Source: Nemertoderma westbladi (taxonomy: Eukaryota > Animalia > Xenacoelomorpha). From it: a DNA stretch of 64,000 bases. Under the pieces are notes generated by a model. It worked only from the letters and a program-made list of their open reading frames with translations. It made no database searches and was not told the DNA's origin. This document shows positions 36,801 through 47,877 of this stretch, one piece after another. Positions within the stretch are counted from its first letter, which is position 1; every line of letters starts with the position of its first letter. The DNA is taken from the NCBI GenBank assembly GCA_032718475.1, contig JAUCBJ010004194.1:1-64000 (forward strand). Direction: 5' to 3'. The position numbers and the translations under genes were made by a program.

Positions 36801-37795
36801 TTGACACAGCATAATTTAGAGCAGGTGGTGCATGGGAACTTGAGGGACAGTCCTCCACTGGTAATGGTGGGAGGTTGTCCCGGCTCTAGCGGTGCAATTG
36901 ATGGAGTATGGGTAAATAGGGGTGGATGAGAGTTCGGGACCAGAGTGGGGTCTCCAATTTGATTGTTATCCTGGGAGGATTCGGCTGATTGGATTGGAGG
37001 TTGTTTCGGCTCTAGCGGTGAGATTGATTGTGTATGGTTAAGCACGGGTGGGTGAGAATTCGGAAACGGGGTGGGATCTCCAATTGGAGGTGGTGTAGGT
37101 GTCGGTGCCTTCTGTTGATTGGCTGACCAAACTAGAGGGGCATTTCTGGAAATATCAGAATACAGATCACTACGATGCTTGGAAATGGTAATATCATTGA
37201 TATCCTCAAAATCCGATCGTGAGTAACCTTCAATACACCACTTTGCAAACCTACAGATATATACCCCACATTGATAGGTGTTGTATTGCACCTTTTGAAT
37301 GGAGGGATAAACGGTAATTGGGGGGAGGTCCACATTGTAATGAATGGCAACGAGATGCACCCATTCTTTGATAGAATCAACAACTGTTTGGTTAGAGCCC
37401 CCCAGTGAGTCGAAAAACCAAATTGCTGACTTTAAAGGGGAGTAAACAGCAAGGGTCCAGTGGCAATTGTTTACATTTATAGGGAAAAATATGAAATCGT
37501 TATCAAAAACTGGCACTGAAGCGCCCTTGCTCAGACTCTGTATGTTCTTAAAGCCGCCTTCTTGAAAGATGTCAACGAAATGAGAGTTAAAAACTCTTGC
37601 ATGGCCGTTGTAGCCTAAACACAAGCTGGATATAACTGCTTCAACAATGTTATCTGTCAACCAGTTTTGCCCATTTAACGATTCTATATCGTGCCTCGAG
37701 AGAGGCAGACCTCCAAATTCGTACATGTCTTCAGATTCGGGAGTTGGGTCTGCTAGAAGCTCACTATCAGTGAGACTAATGAAGGGTATTTCCAT
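33806..37795 (-). CDS. 1329-aa polyprotein: Ulp1/C48 protease - Pro-rich linker - zinc finger - RT - CCHC - restriction-like endonuclease
   Basis: WLTDNIV, CHWTL, FFDSLG, QYNTYQCG (C48); CTTC..LRKH..C; RPIAVG, IDFSNAFNS, QQGDPL, FLDD (RT); CRGC..HGLSC; RH, KPDG..WDFT..K..KY, QRLSIAVVRGNA (RLE). Confidence 0.93.
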   Translation of the reverse strand: MEIPFISLTDSELLADPTPESEDMYEFGGLPLSRHDIESLNGQNWLTDNIVEAVISSLCLGYNGHARVFNSHFVDIFQEGGFKNIQSLSKGASVPVFDNDFIFFPINVNNCHWTLAVYSPLKSAIWFFDSLGGSNQTVVDSIKEWVHLVAIHYNVDLPPITVYPSIQKVQYNTYQCGVYICRFAKWCIEGYSRSDFEDINDITISKHRSDLYSDISRNAPLVWSANQQKAPTPTPPPIGDPTPFPNSHPPVLNHTQSISPLEPKQPPIQSAESSQDNNQIGDPTLVPNSHPPLFTHTPSIAPLEPGQPPTITSGGLSLKFPCTTCSKLCCVNPKGGLRKHRSTEGTSCPGSGSIITFPATGSSAPAEAAIPPDLHSNQPAMSQGSPGLLSQPFTNDTPSPAPVVASQSAISDSLSSAFETLTRIRTLTRIPRGARLKAATLYSSLCDAIDLNNSQSNWLNLLAFPFSLRVPSQGSRSRRGRRAIGPACKSLTAKVKDQLLEFEEMVKNTKELLVLPTTSLPSHLKPKTQQSSDDMLGKLIASKIEEGNVKAAARLASSSATIAPATSETLEALRLLHPTRPSDDFHGVPSLEEADVPTLELSYPEVLKSIKLFPNGSAPGPDNCHPQFLKDMISSSAGDAALASLKAMTSVANIMLKGGVPQEVLPYLYGARLCAFTKPAGGVRPIAVGCTLRRLTAKTGCHSAAKHSGLKLGPHQLGFGTPQGAEAAVHAARRFLSESIERETVMIKIDFSNAFNSIHRGPALRAVLKNLPPLYNLAYQSYSQPSLLFYNGTTIASDDGMQQGDPLASLFFSNDTIELVDSMESPLNVWFLDDGSLGGTPSVVASDLKRVIAEAAKLGLMVKASKCELIFGKHFPLELKEETTALFDAITPSIKPIDFSDALLLGSPLGDSAMEKILEEKESDLSRFADRLHLLSAHDALYLLRHCFAIPKLMYVLWCSPAFGSPRLKSLDDKIRQCCQIVLNTRIGGDAWAQASLPISLGGLGVRSTSDIALPAFLASSHGCIPLLNTLLPSSISSIPNPLLIAAKQLLPTDFPEPINQAIQKGWDAPLCSSRQDELIIKASSAKEKARLLAAAADHAGDWLRALPVSSLGLRLSDEQLRVGAALRLGTPICEEHSCRGCGLEVDTSGSHGLSCLHNYGKYTRHAEANDIIHRALSSAGIASTLEPRGLSQDGKKPDGLTFAPWSSGRPLVWDFTCRDTLAPSYLPETSKSAGAAALMAETSKGNKYAALQHHHLFRTIALETLGPIGAEGTAVLREIGRRIAKETGEPRSTEFLFQRLSIAVVRGNATSVLGTTPHQAGLDEVFLL

Positions 37796-38909
37796 GATTG
37801 ATCGTTTGAAGGAAGGAGGCCTTTAGTTTGTTTAGCTAGTCGCATTCATTTGGACGTGCAGACGCACCATCACCGCCTACCATCGACAATAAATGGACAT
37901 GGTTCTGTTTTTATATACAATCTAACTCAAACAACAGTTTAGCTAGTTTTTTATTTTAATGATAAATTTAGATTTCATTAAACTCCGAAAAAAAAAAAAA
38001 ATCACAATTCCAATTGTTATATTGTTATATATATATTGTTATTGTTATTGTTATGTTATTATTGTTATATTGTTATATATATATTGTTAACTAGTATTAA
38101 CTAATATTAAATAGCGAAAAATATAATTTTTCTGACCTGTCTTGTAGAATAGCGAATTAATAAATAATTTATTAAGTGATTAATAAAGATGAAAATTTGC
38201 ACCATGTCATGACCACGAAGTAATGATAAAACAAATCGGCTGTTCACTCCCAAGGACATCTACTGTAGATGAAGACGTGTAAGAAACTCTACTATTAGAG
38301 TTCTACTACGAAACTCTTACTGAAAATAATGGCCAACTCACTACCAAAATGCTGAAGTGGCTGTTTTACTGAGAGTGCACGCAGAGTGCACAGAATTATT
38401 ATTAGTGTATAGACCTAACAATCAAGGCGTAGCAATACACTTACCCCATGTCCTGGAATATAGTGTCGTTATTCTGGTACCTCCCCCCCCCCCCAAATTT
38501 TTCTACAAATCATAATGAGATTGCATGAAATTTGAAACAGAGATAATTACACATTCCTCCTCCTTGCTGGGTGAGCCAGTGATGATAGTTTTTTTATCAT
38601 TTATTTTTCATTAATTAGTATTTAATTGTTTTTTTTAGTAGGTAAATGCAGTTCTAGAATTAGTTTAAAGAGCTATAGTTTGTTATTGTTCTATTAGTCG
38701 AAGAAGTATCTCGTACATAGTTGTTCCGCTATATTCCCCATACATAGATTCCAACTAATTGTATTCCTCCCCTACGCTACGCTAAAAGGTGGCGTTAGTG
38801 TATATTCGTAACTCTATAGATCTAAATTCATAGTCTTTTGTAACATAAAATTATATCCCATTCCCTTTTTTAACAACTCGCTATATATACAATCATTACC
38901 TAACTATGT

Positions 38910-40250
38910 ATAAACACTAACCACTAGCCCCACCCACCACCCTATAACGTATTTAAAGGCTTTGCGGATTTCATCGCTTAATATTTTGGTGGTTCACCCA
39001 GCCATTGCATGGCTGGGTGAACAAATGATTTAAATTTCAAAGATAAACTTTAAAGTATGTCTGAAAATGTCCCCATAGACTTTGCTTATAATGTACGAAT
39101 TACAATTTAATATAAAAATACTCTTATTCCATGCTTTAGGCCAAAGATCACAAAGATCATGATCAAAGATCATAAAAATGACCCTTTTGGATAAATTGAC
39201 TAAAATTGTGTTTATCGTCCACTAGTGAACCCGTATCGACCAAAAAGTTTCGAATTTTAAATCAATATCGCTCATTTTGCTTTTTCGGTATATTTTCGCC
39301 TACTTCCCAAAGGTGGTGATTCGCCTCCGATATTCGACTAGGTGGTCGGGACCCCAATTTTACGGAAATCCATTTATCTCGGCTTCCGCTGGGTCTTTTC
39401 GAAAATTTAAAAAATTGGCGAGCTCCTCTCGTTGTTTCCCATCGATTGGCACCGTTAATTTTGAGATTCGATTAATTAATTCGCTCTTAATTAGCGCTAA
39501 TTGCTAATTACTGCATTTTTTAACGACTCGTTAATTTTCCTCTATATCTCGAGAACTTCTTAATTTACGATTCCGGGACCGCTTCCGTTGGATAGAGCTC
39601 GAGCTTGCCGACCATATCTCTTGTACATGTTTTAACTTAAAACCGTTCCTTCCCGTAGTAATAGGCGAAAATAATATCGTCCAATCGGAAAGCTTCGTTG
39701 GCCCCGTAGACCCCCTAGAATTAATTTTTTTCAAATTTTTATCGGGTCCGTCTAGCATAATTCGGGGGTGAGGAACATTTTCTACTTTCAAACTTTTCCC
39801 AAATTCCCACTCCTTCCGGTCGTATTTCGCCAAAGATCGTAAAGATCGTGTTCGATCAGCTACCGATCGGCCCCTATAGGTCGAGTCGTTCCAAAAAAAG
39901 AATGAGCTGGACTAACATCTATACCCTCTACGCGATCCCGTTGGCCGCTAGTCTCCATCTATTGCCAGTTTGGCTGTAGCGTTTGGCGGGAAATTCAAAT
40001 TTCTAAAACGTTCCATTGGGCCCAACTCGAAAACCGTCGGTCGGATTCGCTCGAAATCAAAATTTAGAAAGTTAATAGGGGGTCTATCCTCCTACTGGGA
40101 TGGTCGGCTTCCCCCCTAAGCGCCCCCTTATACCCTAACTCGCCCAAGTATACCCCCTTTCTATCACATTCCCGGATTTTAGTATTGGGTGAGGAATTGG
40201 TAGTGGTTAGTAAGGGCTAAAGCCCTTTTTCGCCTTGCGGCGATTAAAAA
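38910..40250. mobile_element. GC-richer non-coding element, possibly Helentron-derived
   Basis: Sub-terminal IR-like ctaaccactagccccaccca / tgggtgagg..tggtagtggttag; terminal hairpins gggctaaagccc and tcgccttgcggcga; repeated aaagatc motifs. Confidence 0.4.
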
Positions 40251-40994
40251 ACATCCTCTATCATCCAGAATTTTTATTTTCGCTTTCATTCTTTAGCTAC
40301 AAGCGTTTGAAAAAGGTGTCTCCGTCGATAATACACCAGTTACACCGCAGTTATTCTTCAAACATTTAGTGATTTGTTGGTACTAGTGGAAAGCTGACAG
40401 TGCAAGGATTCCAAATATGTAAAAATATTTGAATTTGGTTGGGAAATAGCTGAGATAGGGGCATTCGAATTTTGCATGTATTTGCTTCGGCTGCAGGCCA
40501 TTTATTCTATTAATAAATACACAATGTTCTAGAACATTTATTTTTGTTTATCTCATAAATAGCTTGGCAACAATGCAATGCCTACATGATAATACTCTAG
40601 TATATGGATATTCATATAATCAAATTGTTCTAGAACATTGTGTATTTATTTAATATAATAAATAATTAATAGAATATAAAAAATGTGTTGCACACATGTT
40701 AATAAATATAGAACATTTACCGATAAACAATTAAATGAACCTACAATCTTATCACCCCAAGGTGTCCCCCTCATATCGCACATGGAGACACATGTTAGTG
40801 GTCCAATAGATCAATATAGTCCACTCAAAATGTATCTCACATATTTTTTATACTTATTTGATTTTTGGTTCATTAAGCATTTCAAAATGTTGAATTCCAA
40901 GCCAGTACCTTGCTTTTTGATTAATTGTTTTAGGTTTCTGGCTTATTTTAAATATCACCGCAATAATCATTATATATTATAAATTAATCAACAG

Positions 40995-41135
40995 ATGTAG
41001 ATGAGTGCGCTGATGGTAAGCACGGATGCATTGAAAGTGCCACTACAACTGGAAGTTGTACAAACACTGAGGGAAGCTATCAATGTGAATGTAAAGCTGG
41101 CTCCATACCAACCAATAATCCATTGCAATGTCAAG
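40995..41135 (+). CDS. Exon 4: calcium-binding EGF domain
   Basis: acag|; DVDECADGKHGCIESATTTGSCTNTEGSYQCECKAGSIPTNNPLQCQ; |gtaatt; 141 bp, phase 1-1. Confidence 0.88.
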
Positions 41136-41145
41136 GTAATTGTTT

Positions 41146-44100
41146 TTATGCGTTTATATGCAATTCAACCTCCTTAGCAGCCCTCTCTACTTTATTCTTA
41201 TTAGATAGACGATGTGCATCTGCTAGTGTATTAGAGAGCAGGGCGATGTCATCCGCAAAGTCGGTGTCTGTGACTGTAGTTGCCGGATATCTGCTACTTG
41301 TGCATTCTTGTATTATGAATCCCATATCTTCACCCTTTGTGGCCGTCCTCATTGCGTAACCCATTACAATAATTACAAATAGTAATGGTGCTAATGTGTC
41401 ACCTTCCATTATGCCAGCCAGGATTGAGAAGATCTCAGTTTCACCTTCTGGTGAAAGTACCTAAGCTTCTGTGTCACAATAACAATCCAATGCCAGAGAC
41501 AATTACTCAGTCCTAACACTATTATTTCCCTAATCACAACTCTTTCCAGACACAATTATTTCCCTAATCACAACTCTTTCCAGACACTATTATTTCCCTA
41601 ATCACAACTCTTTCCAGACACTATTCTTTCACTTACACTCCTGAACAGATTATTTAATGCTGCCCATGCCTTCCCCTTATATATCCGGAAGTCTTCTCCT
41701 GACATTCTGATCTATGATCCCAAGTAGCAGAAGTCATCCACATGCTCAAGCACGCTGTCCTTAGAGCTTATTCCTTTACTATCAAACATTTCTTGAGGGC
41801 TGTCTAGGTTGACGGTCATGATTTTGGTCTTCTTGGACAAGCTGTCCTTAGAGCTTATTCCTTTACTATCAAACATTTCTTGAGGGCTGTCTAGGTTGAC
41901 TGTCATGATTTTGGTCTTCTTGGAATTTACAATAAGACCAACACTAGAAGCAACCTGCTCCAAAGAGCAGAGGGGCTTTTGGGCTCCCTCTAGTGATTCT
42001 GACAGCACCCTTAAGTCATCAGCAAAAGTTTTGATTAGTAAGGTACTTTGCTGTATTTCCTCTGCTTGTTGTGACTGTAGGGGGTGTTACCATCACCCCA
42101 ACATTATTAAGATGGTCTAAGGACATGCGTAGAACAACAATTACGAATAAGAATGGTGCAAGTGTGTCACTAATGGATCTGTGTCACCATCAGCAGTAGA
42201 CACAAATGTGGTAGAACCATCGTACAGTGATCTGATAGCTGTAATAATTTCCTCAGGAATCCCATCTGCTGCCAGTATGCTGAACATACATGGTTGGGAG
42301 ACTGAGTCGAAGGCTTTAAAGAAGTCAACAAAGATAATAAACCAGTTGTCTGTCTTTCTTTATTGATAACTCTTCGATTATCATTCTGAGTTCCAGAATA
42401 GGCTCCATTGTCCCATGACCTTTACGGAACCCATTTTGGTTCCCACGTAACAGTCTCACAACAGGATCACTGATGCAAATTAATATAATTATATTGTATA
42501 GCTTTACAGCAATCGAGATTAATGAGATTCCATGGAAAGATCCATGGGTTGTTAGGTTGCCCTTCTTTGGGGCTGGGACCAACTTATTTGTTTTCAGTTC
42601 TTGAGGGACTCTCTTTGTCCTATACATGTCCACAATAATGGGATGAATGAGCTCCAAGCACTCAGGAATTTTAAAGACCTAAGGGGGCATGCCATCTACT
42701 CCACTGGCACGATTGGTCTTCATGCACCTAGCTACACGATTCCTAGCTACTTGATTTCAGCAAAGGAGATGTCACCAATGCGGATATCTGTGAGCTACAT
42801 GATGCTACAGACTCAGCTACATGATGTGTCTCAAAGTTATCAGGCAATACCATGTCATTGATTAGAAGCTTCTCAAAGTGGTCCTTCCAACCTTTTAGGC
42901 ATTCAGCTGGAGATTCAGCCTTAACCTTGGTGGTTGTTTGGCTTTTCCTCCCAGTGAGCAGGTTAATTGATTTCCATGCCTGGGCTGATTGCCTGCTATC
43001 ATCAGCATTGTTAATGGCATCAACCTGCTTATTGATAAGCTCCTTCAGATTATCAGAGTACTGCATGTTAAGGGACCTAGATGCAGCCTTAACTGCATAC
43101 TTGTCTGTCCTAGTGTGCCGGAGAGGGCGGGACTCATTCTGCACCTTAAAGAGGTCATTTCAGCACTTCCGAATTCTGTGGTCAGTCTAGGGGGCCTTTT
43201 TCCTGTTTCGAGGGTATATAGGGACTGTTTCTGCAGCATGAAGGCAGTATTACCATCAAAGTGATCTTTTACCTCAGAGACAAGAACCTCATACCTCTTT
43301 CTCAGCTTTAGTGTGAAGCTGGATCTCACATTGGGCTGATGCATCAGAGTGGACCAGTCATGCCGTGACAAGGCAGATTTCGCAATTCTGCTAGCACGGA
43401 GACTAACACTTACCTTGGTTACAATAAGGTGGCGATCACTGGAGAAGGGTTTAATTGTAAATGCACTACAGTCTTGCATAGAGCTCCTCTATTTCCTACG
43501 AAATAGAATGTGGTCACTGGGTCCAGTGTGAGTCCATAGCTTTCCAGGGCGCTTCTTGAACTGAGTTCCAGCTGAAAATGGTCCATTTCCAGAGATGAAA
43601 TCCTGAAGATTGATGGAATATCGCTTAACACTATTGCTATAGATCCAGGGCGATGTGGATGAGTGATGCAGACTTGCATTAAAAAGTCACCCAGGAAAGT
43701 TAAGAATGCATGCTCATCCACTCCATCAGTAGCTGCTTGTAGATTGTGGTACAAATTTTCCATCTCCTCTACTGGGACAACACTAGTAGGAGAGTAGCAC
43801 AAAATCAGAACCATTTTACGAAACTTCTTTGCAAGTCTTCCGGAACATGATAAATGGCAGCGGATGATGCTGGTGACTCAGGGTTTGGGCCAGAAAGGTC
43901 ATCAGGAAAGGGACTCACATAATTGTTGGCCGCTCTCTCTCCAGTAGGGGGAAAAGACAGGCAACCAGTCAGGAGATAACTGACGCCTGTGAGGCCTATT
44001 GTGTCCGATAAATCCACTGGCCTCTAGTGGCCAGACCTCCGCATTACTAATATAATCCCATAGTGGAGGTTGGGGGCGCTTTTTTGCTGAGTCAGCTCTC

Positions 44101-44560
44101 AGGGCAAATACCCCTGTAACCCTGTGACCCAAATAACCCTGGTTTGCCATTCCACAGGGAGGGTGTCGCAGTTGAGTCAGATATGGAGCCCATCACCCAT
44201 ACCTACTCTGAAGCACATGTCCCACCATTGGCTATGCAGCTCATCTGCTGGGCCATCAATACCCTGTACCACTGCTGCCAGATGCAGGTCGCAGTGGAGT
44301 GCACACAAATTGGAGATGAGTGCGCTCTACTCCTGACCAGCTATTGGCGGATTACCATCTGCCTGGTCAGGCCATATACCCCTGCCCACCTGCAGCCGAT
44401 TATATGGGTCCTTAACCCAGGACAAAGGGTGTACCTATCCCAGAACGAAGGGGGTCCTAGTTACAGGACTAGATTAAGCCCTTATTACGAGGGTCTATGC
44501 AGCCACAGGTAGCACCTCCTTTATGCTGCATGGAGGTGGCAAGTTTCCTGAATGAGTGAC
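41146..44560 (-). mobile_element. Decayed, near full-length RTE LINE plus a second RTE RT fragment and tandem duplications
   Basis: APE (CYSPT, LGDF, DHIL, SDRHL), RT (NQNGFRKG, GDTLAP, FADD, VDDFCYLGS); ~75-bp duplication at 41750-41920; ~37-bp repeats at 41515-41630. Confidence 0.85.
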
Positions 44561-45093
44561 CCAGAATACCTGATCTGACACAAGGGGTCCGGTCAATGGG
44601 TCTGGTCAATTGAACAATGGGTTCGGTCAGTAGCCATTGCCGGCTTACTTGTTTGTTTTTAAAATACTTTTTATAATTAAATGTTAAATAATAAATAATA
44701 ATTATATTGCCATGTAAATTTTGAACTTTTGAACTTTTGAACGCAATATAGCCAATTGTAATTCATTTAAACCCGAATGTACAGTACATATACCGGTATG
44801 CATATTAAAAAATCTAAATAAAATAACAATTAATTAAATTGCAGAATATTATTGAATGAAGATTCTAAACTGCGTTCCAATTGACAGTTTATTCAAAAAA
44901 TGAATTAAAATTTTAAATTTTGTGTTTTCAAAAGTAGCATCTTGGCCACATAAATATTTAATTATACATGTAGGCCATGTGCCACAAGTCTATACTGACT
45001 GTTTGTCCATCTTTCTATCAGTTTGTAAGACAAATGTCAGTTGTTTGGTAAGTACCCCCTATTGTGTACTGACTGGTATGACTACCTAGAAAA

Positions 45094-45297
45094 CTCAGAA
45101 TAAGGCCTTCTCTGTCTTTCTAAGTCTGCTGTATGCCACACTACCTCAGAATAAGGCCTTCTCTGTCTTTCTAAGTCTGCTGTATGCCACATTACCTCAG
45201 AATAAGGCCTTCTCTGTCTTTCTAAGTCTGCTGTATGCCACACTACCTCAGAATAAGGTCTTCTCTGTCTTTCTAAGTCTGCTGTCTGCCACACTAC
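45094..45297. repeat. 51-bp minisatellite, 4 copies
   Basis: ctcagaataaggccttctctgtctttctaagtctgctgtatgccacactac repeated. Confidence 0.95.
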
Positions 45298-45299
45298 CA

Positions 45300-46700
45300 C
45301 CATCCTGACTGCCCGATAACGATTGTACCACAACAATGGCCAGCGCTTGGAAAGACGTAGGTAAATTAGAAAAAGAATTTCAATAGAAAAACGTACGGTA
45401 CACCCTTGAAAGAACCATCTGATATAACTCATCTCATTATAATATAGACGCTACCTGAACAAATTAACTGGAGTTCTCTATTTCGCCGAAAAACGTTATT
45501 TTGAACAACAATTTTCTAATTGCAGCTCATATATAAAAAAGACCTGGAAAAAATTAATCGCCAGATTACAAAGTATCAAAAAGATTCTAGTCCAAAAATA
45601 ATTTATTCTGATGACTTAAACACAAATGTTTTATCAACACCTACCTCAATTGCTGAAATATTCCCCTCTCTTGAAACTACAATACAAAAAAGTGAAAAAT
45701 GTTCTCTATCTTATATAAAACGTAGTAGCCTCCCAAATTCATTTGGTTTGATCGAAACGACCCCTGTAGAAGTGCAATTCCACATCTTACACTTAAAAGA
45801 GAATACATCTTTTAACGACCCCTTTCCATGTAATTTAATAAAAATTGGCTCAGACATTATTTCCAATCATTTGGCAAACCTGAAATAATAAAATAAATAA
45901 ATACGAGTTTCAAGCACGGTTTTTTTCCGGATAAACTCAAAACAGCCAGAATCACCCCTGTATACAAAAGCGGCGATCCATTAGACCCACAGATTTCTCT
46001 GCAGAAAAGGATCTAGTAGAACTGACTATCTATATGGCCTTACTGGAGCAATCCATGTTGATATATGTTCGAAGAAACAAGGGATAGCTTTAATGAGAAA
46101 GCTTTTGATAGTGTCGGGGTAAAGGGTTGCTGTATAAACTTTTTAAAAATGGAGTGCGTGGGAGGCTGCTACACATATTATGTAATATGCTTAAGAATCG
46201 CAAAATTCAATTAATTATAAATGACTATTATGTGAGTAAGACATATGTACTTTCAGGCGATATTGGTTTACCGCAAGGGTCGGTGATATCACTATATATT
46301 CAACATTATTACGTAATATTCAACACTTATGGAAATTGCGTTTGAAGAATCTTAAGATGACCCAGATGAAGTACTCCACTCACACCTACCTTATCACCAA
46401 TCGCTCTTAATTGTACAAGAAGTCAAGAGTCTTTTATATTAGGGCTACTTATTGGTCAGTATAACTTAGCACACATTCGTTACATATACGGTGACTTGTG
46501 CGCCTGTGGTAAATAAACCTGAAACGGAGTAGCATTACTTATTTGAATGTCCACATCGCTCTCAACTGGTCAATGAACTCTCAGAATCATTAAATAGCTA
46601 CGGCTACATTCAGTCACTTCTCAAACTTCAGTTCGTGCGACAGCGACATTCACAGATCTGCAGTACCTTGTAAACTCATGTAAATAGTAGCTTTTCTATC
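45300..46700 (+). pseudogene. Mosaic of decayed CR1-like LINE RT fragments
   Basis: FPDKLKTARITPVYKSGD, KAFDSV, GLPQGSVIS, C-terminal CACG..ETVEH-like remnant. Confidence 0.65.
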
Positions 46701-47109
46701 ACCCCACCCCCCTAACTGTTTTTCATTATGTTATTATCTATGTTGTAAATTCTGTTATATATTTATGGTGGTGGTATATATAATTATTGTGCTTCCATTT
46801 TATCCGCAATAAGGGATTAATCGAATTCCTAGATTAGGGCCTCATGATTTAGGGTTAGGGTTACATGTCAGTTTTAATTAGGGTTTGAGCCTAACCAACT
46901 AACGTACACTAACCAAAATAATAAACCAATAAATCCACGTGCCAGTGCCGTAAGGTAGGATAAGCCTACTACAGAATTATTATACTGTAAGTCTATAGGG
47001 GTGCATTCCACGCGGGGGGGGGGGGGGGGGGGGGGGGTAAAGTTTCGCCTAGGACACCGGTACATAAAACGGTGTCCCTTGATGCGCTTAGCATTATAGC
47101 AGTTTATGC

Positions 47110-47877
47110 CATGCTTATGGATCACCTGGGTGATACTAGTGGACAATTGCTTATGGATCACCTGGGTGATACATAGCGCGGTAGTGGACCATAGCTTATG
47201 GATCACCTGTATGATACATAACGCAGTAGTGGACCATTGCTTATGGATCACCTGTATGATACATAGCGCAGTTGTGGACCATTGCTTATGCATCACCTGG
47301 GTGATACATAACGCAGTAGTAGACCATTGCTTATGGATCACCTAGGTGATACATAGCGCAGTAGTGGACCATTGCATATCGATAACCTGTATGATACATA
47401 ACGCAGTAGTGGACCATTGCTTATGGATCACCTGGGTGAAACATAGCGCAGTAGTAGACCATTGCTTATGGATCACCTGGGGATACATAGCGCAGTAGTT
47501 GACCATTGCTAATGGATCACCTGTATGATACATAACGCAGTAGTGGGCCATTGTTTATGGATCACCTGGTTGATACATTGCGCAGTAGTGGACCATTGCT
47601 TATGGATCACCTGTATGATACATAGCGCAGTAGTGGACCATTGCTTATGGATCTCCTGTATGATACATAACGGAGTTAGTGGTCCATTGCTTATGGATCA
47701 CCTGGGTGATACATAGCGCAGTAGTGGACCATTGCTTATGGATCACCTGGGTGATACATAGCGCAGTAGTAGACCATTGCTTATGGATCACCTGGGGATA
47801 CATAGCGCTGTAGTGGACCATTGCTTATGGATCACCTGGGTGATACATAGCGCAGTAGTGGGCCAATGCTTATGGAT
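47110..47877. repeat. 45-bp satellite, left part (~17 copies)
   Basis: ccattgcttatggatcacctgggtgatacatagcgcagtagtgga tandem array. Confidence 0.95.

Larger units (their letters stand above)
33367..37990 (-). mobile_element. Apparently full-length CRE-like RLE non-LTR retrotransposon
   Basis: Single intact ORF, (TAA)n-like tail at ~33367-33382, similar TATTGT microsatellite on both flanks; outer boundaries approximate. Confidence 0.8.

Noticed and set aside
33846-36929. Plus-strand ORFs up to 270 aa opposite the CRE ORF (likewise antisense ORFs at 48174-49106 and 56995-57417)
   Set aside because: Antisense shadows of GC-richer coding sequence with no recognisable domains.
46849-46863. TTAGGG telomeric repeat
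   Set aside because: Only about 2.5 units; not a telomere or a meaningful interstitial array.
46874-47716. ORFs with (HKQWSTTALCITQVI)n repeats
   Set aside because: Translations of the 45-bp satellite; frames break between units.
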